A stretch of DNA of 59,749 bases, filler included, from Nemertoderma westbladi (lineage: Eukaryota; Animalia; Xenacoelomorpha), in assembly GCA_032718475.1 (NCBI GenBank). It is 3 parts of 3 records of this genome, joined end to end, with 100 filler letters (N's around TTAATTAATTAA, not from the genome) between each part and the next. Parts side by side here need not be neighbours in the genome. Positions count along the whole stretch, not along the records: positions 23,606 to 50,741 come from JAUCBJ010003841.1; 2 more parts are not named here. One strand, written 5' to 3'. Below are positions 23,631 to 35,153 of the stretch, in pieces; position 1 is the stretch's first letter, and every line of letters starts with the position of its first letter. The notes under the pieces were generated by a model. That model was not told the DNA's origin. It was given only the letters and a program-made list of their open reading frames with translations, and did no database searches. Made by a program: the position numbers and the translations under genes.

Positions 23631-24428
23631 GACCCTGTCGCGTGTCCGTTCCACCCCTCACGAACCCCGAAGGGAACGATCATCGAGAACCAGCACGGCT
23701 TGGCTAAGGGTCGGTCCAGTCGGTAGACTCTGTCGCGTATCCGTACCACCCCTCTCGAACCCCGAAGGGTTCGGTCATCGAGAACCAGTACGGCTTGGCT
23801 AGGAGTCTGTCGTGTCGGTGGACCCGTTCGCGTGTCCGTTCCACCCCTCACGAACCCCGAAGGGTTCGATCATCGAGAACCAGAACGGCTTGGCTAGGGG
23901 TCCGTCGGTTCATCACAGAAACCCAACCACCTAGGCTTTCCGAGTCCGTTTCAGGCTCGTAGTCGCTTCGGCAGCCGAGAAACTGCTCCGAACAGTCGGT
24001 AGGCCAGTAGAGTCTAGTCGAGTCTAGTCCTTTGTCTTTCGACCCCATCGCGTGTCCGTTCCACCCCTCACGAACCCCGAAGGGAACGATCATCGAGAAC
24101 CAGTACGGCTTGGCTAAGGGGTCTGTCGTCGGTTCCCGTCGCAAATCCCAGTACAAGCAGTCAGCATTCCGAGTTCTTTTCAGTCTCGTAGTAGCTGCCG
24201 TTGACCAGAGACCGCTAAGGGCAGTTCTCGTCAAACCCGTCCTGTGGCCAGCCCTTTCGCATGTCCGTCCCACCCCTCACGAACCCCGAAGGGATCGGTC
24301 ATCGAGAACCAGTACGGCTTAGGTCAGGGGGCAGTCGTTAGTTGACCACCCGTTCGCGTGTCCGCTCCACCCCTCACGAACCCCGGGGTTCGATCATCGA
24401 GAACCAGAACGGCTTGGCTACTAAGGGG
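23631..24428 (-). ncRNA. Array of six ~83-nt putative structured RNA hairpins with kink-turn and UUCG loop
   Basis: Copies at 23631-23712, 23725-23808, 23820-23903, 24041-24123, 24251-24332 and ~24346-24428. Minus-strand core is UUCUC-GAU-GA-UCGAACCC-UUCG-GGGUUCG-UGA-GGGG, and the closing stems covary. Confidence 0.6.
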
Positions 24429-24837
24429 CCGTCGGTGCCCGTCGCAAATCCCTGACACAAGCAGTCAGCGGTCCGAGTTCTTTTCAGTCTCGTAATGGCT
24501 GCTGTTGGCCAGGGACCGCTAAGGGCAGTCCTTGTCCTTTAGGCCTGGCGCATTACCAAATCCACCCCTACAGGCAGCAGGAAGTTGGCCAGGGCCTAAT
24601 AGTACTCAGGCTAACCTGAATACTGCTTGCATTTTCCATCCCCCCTGGCCCTTATAACTATGAAATTATTCCCGTACCCTGTAAGTTGCCCCAAAGTTCG
24701 CCCATAAATCGCCCCCAGTTTATTGATTGTGCCCAAAACCCATGGTCCCGCACCCAGTAGTAATATCGGAATAATCAATTTTAATAAAATACAAAAATAT
24801 TCAACTCGCGTTATGGAAAGTTGAAATACCGCGAACA

Positions 24838-25195
24838 CCATCCATAGAGGTAAAATGATGCTGTAAATCCTACGAGCTTATGGAATACCAGAAGTAATTT
24901 TCACTGGCATTGGATTCTTATATTGTGACACAGAAGCGCAGGTACTCTCACCAGATGGTGAAACTGAGTTTTTCTCAATCCTGGCTGGCGTACTGCAAGG
25001 TGACACATTAGCACCATTACTATTTGTAATTGTGCTGGATTACGCAATGAGGACAGCCACAAAGGGTGAAGATCTGGGATTCACACTACTAGAACACAGA
25101 AGTAGTAGATATCCAGCAACTGCAGTCACAGACACAAACTTTGTAGATGACATCGCCCTGCTCTCTAATACGCTAGCAGATGCACAGTTTCTATT
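24838..25195 (+). mobile_element. RTE-clade LINE reverse transcriptase fragment
   Basis: Translates to IHRGKMM...ILRAYGIP...GVLQGDTLAPLLFVIVLDY...FVDDIALL. Confidence 0.85.
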
Positions 25196-27070
25196 TTAGT
25201 ATATTAAATATTATTGATTTACACCTGTGTAAATAATACATTGGAACTTTACACTGCAATTTAATAATAACAATAATTCTATAATTAATTAATTGGATAT
25301 TATTACATTCATTGGGAATTACAATACATTGACTGAGTTTGAGTTATATATTTATTATAAGTCTCTGTATAATAATATGGAAAAAACAATCAAAGTTTAC
25401 TTGAAGTGCGCCTTTCTAGCCTTCCGACTAGCAAGTCCGCCACAATTTCGTCGAACTCCATTTCGCGCAGCATGTCTCGCTCCATGCTCATCACTGTATG
25501 TTGAGGCGCGTCTGGCTCATAACTGACCGCAGCACTGACTTTAATATGCCCAGCTTTGAAAAGCTTCGCTCCCGACTGCAGTTCGTTGACATCAGCACAA
25601 GTAAATTCGCAGCATAATTTCTACATTGGGAAATGTTTGCATTAAGGTAGTGTCGCGCATAGAGTTTATCACTGCTTGTTCTAAGTTCCTCTTAACCAGT
25701 CTTTTCTCAGTATGGGGAGCTTGAGATTCAGTTTACCTTTTACATAGCATTGTGTTACCATTATTAGAGATAAGCCCTATTATATACGCTCACGGGGATA
25801 TCCCAGCCGTTCAGTCAGACAACCAATAGAATCAACTCACCTTCAATATACTAGGCCTATGATGTGTCTCCTTTCTCTGCCATTTATGAACTGCATATAC
25901 CCCATGTTAAATAAATACCGGTACATGTTCTGGAATGAATATTTACGACATTGGCTGCCACTCCCGTTGACTACTAAGGGTGTGGTTACTACTATTTGGT
26001 TTCACTGGCATTCTTAACATTGTACAGTTGCAATACATGTTAGCATTGGATGGAAACCCTGTCCAGGCCCATACATAGGTATTGGTGCTTCCCCAATACC
26101 CAGTTACTTATGTTTCTGTAACTACGAGCTGACTGATTCACCACATGTTAAATATATAGATGTTCTGGAATGAATAGTTATGACATGGGCGATGGGCTAG
26201 ATATAAATAACGATAGATAATAGCTCTTGTTCCGAGCCATATAGGTGATTTAATAACATAATTGTTTGTAAGTGGCTTATTCCGTTAAAAATAATGTAAA
26301 AAATGATTTATAAAGTAATGTATTTTATACGTTATATTGCCAAGGTGGCTGGGGCACCTTGGCAACAAAAGCACCTGGCGGCCCCCTTTGCCGAAATTTT
26401 TCTATAAAGAGTATAACCATATTATTACTTATCCTACACTCAAAGGCGGCGAACTACCGCCATTAACCATTTTCGAAATTTTTGAATGTTTCATATGAAC
26501 CCCATAGGCAGCACACTACCGCCTTAATTTTTCTAACAAAATTATTGGCTAAATTGAAATTAAATTGCATTTAAAATACCTTCAAAACAATAGGAATCCC
26601 TTCAATCAATATTAAATGAACTTTTCTTGACCAGTTTTTTACTGCCCAAAACGAATATGAACTCCACTTTTCCGCCCCAATAGTTATAAGAAAGTTTTAG
26701 AAAGAGTAAGAGTTAGTAAGAGTTTTAAATAAAGGCGGCACCCTGCCATATCCTGGGGGTCAAGATAATATATGTAAAAGCGGCACTCTGCCGCCCTGGG
26801 GGTTAATTATAATTATATAAAGGTGGACGTAAAGGTATGTAAAGGTCGATTCTGCCGCCCTAATTGAGCATGGTCTTGAATTATTTAGAATGAAAAAGGC
26901 GGCAATGTGTCGCCTTTTTTAGTGTTGGTACGCAAAGGGTTAAGCTGTTTGGTTAAGCCTTAATACCAAAAAGAACAGGCATAGTCCATGTGCCACTGTA
27001 TTAAAGAAGAGCAAAGCAACTTGTGAGAGTCGGTGTATAAACTACTTTTAATTTCTGTATAGAAACTTAA

Positions 27071-27583
27071 CTACTACTACTATGTCGAGCGAACTCGGAC
27101 AGTGGAAATGAGATCCTTCCATGCTTCCCGTTTCTCCATAGTTGTCGCAATTTCGTTTCTCCAAAGTTCAGTATCCCTTTCAAGTTGATCTATATATGTT
27201 ATGGCCGGTCGTCAACGACTACGCTTTCCATGAGTTGGTTGCCAGAAAAATAGATCTGGTATGACCTCGTCTTTACTTCGCCAGCAGTGCCCACTGAATC
27301 TTAATCTGCGTTCACGGAGGGTGGTTGATACAGGTGGTATTGTACCATAAAGCTCGGCGTTTGTCATGTGTTGTCTCCAGCTGATGTTTAGGGCTGCCCT
27401 TAGTAGTCTTGTGTAGCAACCATCAATTCGTTGTTCAAGTGATTTAGTCAGTGTCCAGGTCTCACCCCTGTATAAAAATACACTTTCCACCCTGGAGAGA
27501 TCTGATTTCCAGATGGTATCCACTTTTGATAGAGCTACCCAAGCCTTTGCTTACCTAACTTCTATGTCCTTTTTGCTACTCTG
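27071..27583 (-). mobile_element. 5'-truncated RTE LINE with (AGT)n tail and 11-bp TSD
   Basis: GETWTLTK, DGCYTRLLR and RRLRFSGHCWR motifs; TSD TAGAAACTTAA at 27060-27070 and 27584-27594. Confidence 0.9.
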
Positions 27584-27599
27584 TAGAAACTTAAGCCTA

Positions 27600-27810
27600 T
27601 TACTACTTAGTAGTAGTAGTTACTTTCGAGAAAATATTTTTCACTGTACTTTCTCCTGATAAGCAGTTATCCAATGTGGCGCCTAAATATTTAACTTCCT
27701 TTTTATTTTCTATTTTATGTGACTTCAAATTATTAATAATCAAACTATTACTAGTGACTTCAAACTTAGTTACCTTCTTTAACTTTCTTTTGGAACCAAA
27801 CAAAGTACTT
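27600..27810 (-). mobile_element. CR1/L2-type LINE RT fragment
   Basis: TESTLFGSKRKL...EVKYLGATLDNCLS. Confidence 0.65.
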
Positions 27811-28622
27811 TCGGTTACCGTAGTGAATGGATAGTTTATTATCAACCAACCACTCATTATAGGATTCTAGAAATATATATAGCGAATATTATACAGTGTA
27901 GTGAATATTACACAGTTAGTGAATATTATACAATTGGATTATATATATTTGTATATATATATTATATTTATATATTTGGAACCCCCTAATTGAGAATTCT
28001 ATTACATTCTATGTAAGCTGACAAAAAATTAATTTATATTTACAATTTTTCCTTAAAACATATAAGCCTACGAAAATCTCGTGTTCATGACTTATATTTT
28101 TGTAAGTTAAATATAATTAATTAATATAAATGAAAACTAATGCACATTTTTGTTTAACAACAATTATACACATGATCTCTTGTTGTAAGTTTTAAATGTT
28201 ATACCTTCTGCTATCTGGCGTCATGGATAAAGAGTTCTGCAGATGGCAAGCAAATCCACAACGAGAAAAAATATTCTGCATGCCCCACGATCGGCCCAAT
28301 AGATTATATCTAGGTGGGCCACATATCAAGAATATTAAACAGAGTGCACAATGTTCGATATACCAGAAATATAAGTAAAGGGTGACCCTATTTCCGAAAC
28401 CCAGCTCTGTCACACAACCTTGTTGCTTATATATATTTAGTCATTGTTTCCACCAGGATTATGACTCGGTTTAGGCCTACTATATTGATTGTTATATGGC
28501 AGCTTCCTGTTTTGAACAAACATTGCGGCCTGTCAATATAATACCTTCCCCGACTTCTTAAGCACACTGGACTTAAGAAAATTTGCGAACTTGGAACTTG
28601 TATGGCTGACATATTCACTTGG

Positions 28623-28703
28623 TAATTGAAAGTACCGACATACTGACTAATGGGGCTTGGTGGTATATAAATATAATAGTCAGTATGTCGGTACTTTCAA
28701 TTA
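28623..28703. repeat. Perfect 27-bp inverted repeat with 27-nt loop
   Basis: TAATTGAAAGTACCGACATACTGACTA / TAGTCAGTATGTCGGTACTTTCAATTA. Confidence 0.9.
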
Positions 28704-28947
28704 TCACATTATGAAGTTAAGCAGAATTCCGACAATTACTGCAAATTGTAAAATCTAATATATTTTTTATACTGTGTGTGTTTGCCCCAGCAACCTACCA
28801 GTTTTCCATTGGTATCACTGATTTACTTACTGTATATGGTTCCAATGTTCTGTGGTCTGATGTCTGTTTGGGGTAGGTGGTAACAGAGTTCATGGTGCGA
28901 TTTTTTAGGTCATTGGTGCAATATAGATAGGCTTTGGGTAATCCTTT

Positions 28948-29003
28948 GTCCAGCTGATGAGGTGTCGAGATTACCGCGTACTGGGTCTCAGACACCGAAA
29001 CGC
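28948..29003 (+). ncRNA. Putative hammerhead ribozyme with atypical strand order
   Basis: Core CTGATGA 28954-28960; stem II GGTGTC/GACACC; GAAA 28997-29000; stem I CCAG/CTGG; stem III ACGC/GCGT; GUA cleavage triplet 28978-28980. Confidence 0.6.
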
Positions 29004-31267
29004 AACCATATTTTTGATAAAATTAATTATTTTTGCTTGAGTTCTACCCCTTTACGGCGACAAAATGTCATATATTTTTCTATGGAATATAGGCTTAGCT
29101 ATTGTGCAGTATACTACCGGTATCATTTAGTGTATGGCGGTTAGGTTAGGGTTAGGGAGCGATACATACCTGTATGTTGAGCATGTTTCAATATATTTGT
29201 TTATGTCGTTTTTGTTTGTATTATTTTGTGTCGTTTTTTGATGGCCTTAGGGCTAAGTACTACTTAGGGCTTAATGTCCTGATCCTATGTTTTTTTGTTA
29301 GATTAAGGGGTGTAAGACTTTAGTGTTTACCCATTTATTATATATATTGACTTGGAGCAGTTTTACTCCTATTCTACTGACTGACATTGCGCCATAGGCC
29401 AAACATATCATGTCACTTAAGGAAGATCTAGATAATACTCATTCTAGTAATTAATGTACTGTAGTATACAAACTAACAAGTTGATATTTCACAATTATTT
29501 AATTAATTCATTGTAGATCAGATTCGTAAACAATAAGCAATGTGTGTCCATTTAAGCTCAATATATTCTCGGCTTTCTTGCAATATTAATAAAAAATTAG
29601 TAAAACGGTAAATTTTTAAGAATTTAATTTTAAAAAGTCCACCAAAAAATATGAAGCACCTTATGGAATAACTTAGCTTGCCAGGGTTGATTATGTCTCT
29701 CTAACAAACTTGCTTAGCATCAAAAATAAATTTAGCTTTTTGACCACAAACTCACCTGCCCTTGTGCAGACTATATTACTGACACCTCCACTGTAGATAA
29801 CCTCGTTGGACAAACCGGTATCCCCAACCCACAATTTCGTGAGGGAAATAAGGTCTTGTAGACCACCCGGGGCTGAAGGGCGAGTTGGTATATTACAATA
29901 CCCGACACCTGGTGGACAGAGAGGTTGACACACCGTACAAGCGATGGGAGAAACAGGAGGTGTATAGGGTTGAGGAGAGGAGACTAGAGGAGGTCGCCAG
30001 GAGAGAGAGAAGGGAGGCAACTGGCAGAGAGGCAGATATAAGGGGAGGGGAGTACGAGTTCGAATCCCAAGACTTGGAGGAGTTGAGGTGGGGATCGGAG
30101 ACCTCAGGCGAGTTTCAGCTGGGGCACAAACTGGGTTGGATGGAAGAGACACCGATACAGTCTACATCGGGGCTGCAAGGAATGCCGATGCCCGCGGGGT
30201 CTGAGGGCGACTTTGGAAGGAAGGTAGACCGAGGGAGGTAGAAGGGTGGAAGGCCATGGGCGAATACCAGGCCAGAAAGGGACACAGTGGATCAACCGGG
30301 ATCCCGGTTCCGATAGAGAGGATCGGCCACTCGGACACGGACTGGGTGGACAGGAGTGTGGTGACAGCCAGCGGGGCGAAAGCCTTCTGGGACGCACCCG
30401 GCAAACGGACCTGGGAGCATGGGGAGCCGGTAATGGACTTCGTGGCGAACATGATCCGACTGCGCGAGCAACCGGGGATGGCACCACGGGTAGTGTTTGG
30501 AGAAACGATACCGAGGGAGGAGGAGGACGTCTATATGGGTAGGGAGGACAACGTCGAGATGTTTGCCTACCAGCGGCTCCACAGACCCAGGAGGCTACGT
30601 GGAGCCAAGGACGACTTTGGGCGAGAGACACTGAAGACGGTTTCGATTACCGTGGGAGACTAACCCATCAGCAAAAGAACTGTCTATACCATTACCAGAA
30701 GGGGATGACGTGTCTTTGCTGCCGCGAGTCTACGCACAGGATGTGCGCGTGCCTAAGGTTGCACCACGGGTGTTCGAAGTGCAAGTTTAGGGGGCACTTT
30801 GAGTGCCAGTGTGACTGGATGGAGGACGAGGAGAAGTTTCGCACTTTCGAGGAGTGGGCCGACGTCGGAGTCATGACACGACAAAGGATGAAGGCCCAGG
30901 AGTTCCGTTGGGGCTTCTTCAACATTAATCTAAAAGCCCACCAGCAGATCACCAAGAGGAGACTACCATTCATGTATCAAGAGGTAGCGACAGCGGCATC
31001 ATACGGAGGGGTCATCAACACCCAAAGATATCTGGATTGATGGACACCAGAAAATAGGATAGAATTCAGGGATTTTCTGGCGGAACATGTGGCGCGTGCG
31101 ATGAAAATGATCTTGTGGGACGCTACCAGGGGGAAACAGGAGGGACACTGAGTGGGACCACCTGCGAAGCGATACCGTGAGTTAATAACACCCGTGCCCA
31201 AAGAACCAACAATGGGGCTTGGTAAGACTGTATCAGCGAGGAAGCGACCCAGGCAGGACGACGGTAG
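28979..31267 (+). mobile_element. Duplicated retroelement-like unit, copy 1 (2289 bp), with fragmented gag-like CCHC ORF
   Basis: Near-identical to 32865-35153 (offset 3886). ORF 30705-31040 has two CX2CX4HX4C knuckles (CLCCRESTHRMCAC, CSKCKFRGHFECQC) and a premature TGA where copy 2 has AGA. Confidence 0.75.
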
Positions 31268-32864
31268 CAGGGCTCAGCCCTATAGCATATGGTGGTGGTT
31301 GTTAAAGTGCTAAACGAACACCTGCAGGGCTCGGCCCTATAGCATACGGTGGTGGTTGTTGGCCCTATAGCATACGGTGGTGGTTGTTGGCCCTATAGCA
31401 TACGGTGGTGGTTGTTAAAGTGCTAAACGAACACCTGTTGGGCTCGGCCCTATAGCATACGGTGGTGGTTGTTAAAGTGCTAAACGAATACCTGCAGGGC
31501 TCGGCAGCATACGGTGGTGGTTGTTAAAGTGATAAACGAACACCTGCAGGGCTCGGCCCTATAGCATACGGTGGTGGTTGTTGGCCCTATAGCATACGGT
31601 GGTGGTTGTTAAAGTGCTAAACGAACACCTGTTGGGCTCGGCCCTATAGCATACGGTGGTGGTTGTTAAAGTGCTAAACGAATACCTGCAGGGCTCGGCC
31701 CTATAGCATACGGTGGTGGTTGTTAAAGTGATAAACGAACACCTGCAGGGCTCGGCCCTATAGCATACGGTGGTGGTTGTTAAAGTGATAAACGAACACC
31801 TGCAGGGCTCGGCCCTATAGCATACGGTGGTGGTTGTTAAAGTGATAAACGAACTCCAGCAGGGCTCGGCCCTATAGCATACGGTGGTGGTTGTTAAAGT
31901 GCTAAACGAACACCTGCAGGGCTCGGCCCTATAGCATACGGTGGTGGTTGTTAAAGTGCTAAACGAACACCTGCAGGGCTCGGCCCTTTAGCATACGGTG
32001 GTGGTTGTTAAAGTGATAAACGAACACCTGCAGGGCTCGGCCCTATAGCATACGGTGGTGGTTGTTAAAGTGATAAACGAACTCCAGCAGGGCTCGGCCC
32101 TATAGCATACGGTGGTGGTTGTTAAAGTGATAAACGAACACCTGCAGGGCTCGGCCCTATAGCATACGGTGGTGGTTGTTAAAGTGCTAAACGAATACCT
32201 GCATGGCTCGGCCCTATAGCATACGGTGGTGGTTGTTAAAGTGATAAACGAACACCTGCAGGGCTCGGCCCTATAGCATACGGTGGTGGTTGTTAAAGTG
32301 ATAAACGAACACCTGCAGGGCTCGGCCCTATAGCATACGGTGGTGGTTGTTAAAGTGCTAAACGAACACCTGCAGGGCTCGGCCCTATAGCATACGGTGG
32401 TGGTTGTTGGCCCTATAGCATACGAACACCTGCAGGGATCGGCCCTATAGCATACGGTGGTGGTTGTTGGCCCTATAGCATACGGTGGTGGTTGTTAAAG
32501 TGCTAAACGAACTCCAGCAGGGCTCGGCCCTATAGCATACGGTGGTGGTTGTTAAAGTGATAAACGAACACCTGCAGGGCTCGGCCCTATAGCATACGGT
32601 GGTGGTTGTTAAAGTGATAAACGAACACCTGCAGGGCTCGGCCCTATAGCATACGGTGGTGGTTGTTGGCCCTATAGCATACGGTGGTGGTTGTTAAAGT
32701 GCTAAACGAACACCTGCAGGGCTCGGCCCTATAGCATACGGTGGTGGTTGTTGGCCCTATAGCATACGGTGGTGGTTGTTAAAGTGCTAAACGAACACCT
32801 GCAGGGCTCGGCCCTATAGCATACGGTGGTGGTTGTTAAAGTGATAAACGAATACCTGCAGGGC
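31268..32864. repeat. 57-bp minisatellite with 28-bp sub-repeat
   Basis: Unit CCTGCAGGGCTCGGCCCTATAGCATACGGTGGTGGTTGTTAAAGTG(C/A)TAAACGAACA, with interspersed 28-bp GGCCCTATAGCATACGGTGGTGGTTGTT units. Confidence 0.95.
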
Positions 32865-35153
32865 TACTGGGTCTCAGACACCGAAACGCAACCATATTTT
32901 TGATAAAATTAATTATTTTTGCTTGAGTTCTACCCCTTTACGGCGACAAAATGTCATATATTTTTCTATGGAATATAGGCTTAGCTATTGTGCAGTATAC
33001 TACCGGTATCATTTAGTGTATGGCGGTTAGGTTAGGGTTAGGGAGCGATACATACCTGTATGTTGAGCATGTTTCAATATATTTGTTTATGTCGTTTTTG
33101 TTTGTATTATTTTGTGTCGTTTTTTGATGGCCTTAGGGCTAAGTACTACTTAGGGCTTAATGTCCTGATCCTATGTTTTTTTGTTAGATTAAGGGGTGTA
33201 AGACTTTAGTGTTTACCCATTTATTATATATATTGACTTGGAGCAGTTTTACTCCTATTCTACTGACTGACATTGCGCCATAGGCCAAACATATCATGTC
33301 ACTTAAGGAAGATCTAGATAATACTCATTCTAGTAATTAATGTACTGTAGTATACAAACTAACAAGTTGATATTTCACAATTATTTAATTAATTCATTGT
33401 AGATCAGATTCGTAAACAATAAGCAATGTGTGTCCATTTAAGCTCAATATATTCTCGGCTTTCTTGCAATATTAATAAAAAATTAGTAAAACGGTAAATT
33501 TTTAAGAATTTAATTTTAAAAAGTCCACCAAAAAATATGAAGCACCTTATGGAATAACTTAGCTTGCCAGGGTTGATTATGTCTCTCTAACAAACTTGCT
33601 TAGCATCAAAAATAAATTTAGCTTTTTGACCACAAACTCACCTGCCCTTGTGCAGACTATATTACTGACACCTCCACTGTAGATAACCTCGTTGGACAAA
33701 CCGGTATCCCCAACCCACAATTTCGTGAGGGAAATAAGGTCTTGTAGACCACCCGGGGCTGAAGGGCGAGTTGGTATATTACAATACCCGACACCTGGTG
33801 GACAGAGAGGTTGACACACCGTACAAGCGATGGGAGAAACAGGAGGTGTATAGGGTTGAGGAGAGGAGACTAGAGGAGGTCGCCAGGAGAGAGAGAAGGG
33901 AGGCAACTGGCAGAGAGGCAGATATAAGGGGAGGGGAGTACGAGTTCGAATCCCAAGACTTGGAGGAGTTGAGGTGGGGATCGGAGACCTCAGGCGAGTT
34001 TCAGCTGGGGCACAAACTGGGTTGGATGGAAGAGACACCGATACAGTCTACATCGGGGCTGCAAGGAATGCCGATGCCCGCGGGGTCTGAGGGCGACTTT
34101 GGAAGGAAGGTAGACCGAGGGAGGTAGAAGGGTGGAAGGCCATGGGCGAATACCAGGCCAGAAAGGGACACAGTGGATCAACCGGGATCCCGGTTCCGAT
34201 AGAGAGGATCGGCCACTCGGACACGGACTGGGTGGACAGGAGTGTGGTGACAGCCAGCGGGGCGAAAGCCTTCTGGGACGCACCCGGCAAACGGACCTGG
34301 GAGCATGGGGAGCCGGTAATGGACTTCGTGGCAAACATGATCCGACTGCGCGAGCAACCGGGGATGGCACCACGGGTAGTGTTTGGAGAAACGATACCGA
34401 GGGAGGAGGAGGACGTCTATATGGGTAGGGAGGACAACGTCGAGATGTTTGCCTACCAGCGGCTCCACAGACCCAGGAGGCTACGTGGAGCCAAGGACGA
34501 CTTTGGGCGAGAGACACTGAAGACGGTTTCGATTACCGTGGGAGACTAACCCATCAGCAAAAGAACTGTCTATACCATTACCAGAAGGGGATGACGTGTC
34601 TTTGCTGCCGCGAGTCTACGCACAGGATGTGCGCGTGCCTAAGGTTGCACCACGGGTGTTCGAAGTGCAAGTTTAGGGGGCACTTTGAGTGCCAGTGTGA
34701 CTGGATGGAGGACGAGGAGAAGTTTCGCACTTTCGAGGAGTGGGCCGACGTCGGAGTCATGACACGACAAAGGATGAAGGCCCAGGAGTTCCGTTGGGGC
34801 TTCTTCAACATTAATCTAAAAGCCCACCAGCAGATCACCAAGAGGAGACTACCATTCATGTATCAAGAGGTAGCGACAGCGGCATCATACGGAGGGGTCA
34901 TCAACACCCAAAGATATCTGGATAGATGGACACCAGAAAATAGGATAGAATTCAGGGATTTTCTGGCGGAACATGTGGCGCGTGCGATGAAAATGATCTT
35001 GTGGGACGCTACCAGGGGGAAACAGGAGGGACACTGAGTGGGACCACCTGCGAAGCGATACCGTGAGTTAATAACACCCGTGCCCAAAGAACCAACAATG
35101 GGGCTTGGTAAGACTGTATCAGCGAGGAAGCGACCCAGGCAGGACGACGGTAG
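32865..35153 (+). mobile_element. Duplicated retroelement-like unit, copy 2, with gag-like CCHC ORF 34591-35037
   Basis: Direct repeat of 28979-31267 that continues into unique G-rich sequence beyond 35153. Confidence 0.75.

Noticed and set aside
23631-24428. CRISPR-like repeat/spacer appearance
   Set aside because: Repeats are ~83 nt and degenerate, spacers range from ~12 to ~140 nt and are partly homologous, no cas genes are present, and the context is eukaryotic.
31268-32864. 57-bp array as CRISPR or ribozyme array
   Set aside because: No unique spacers and no ribozyme core; only a 5-bp hairpin AGGGC/GCCCT.
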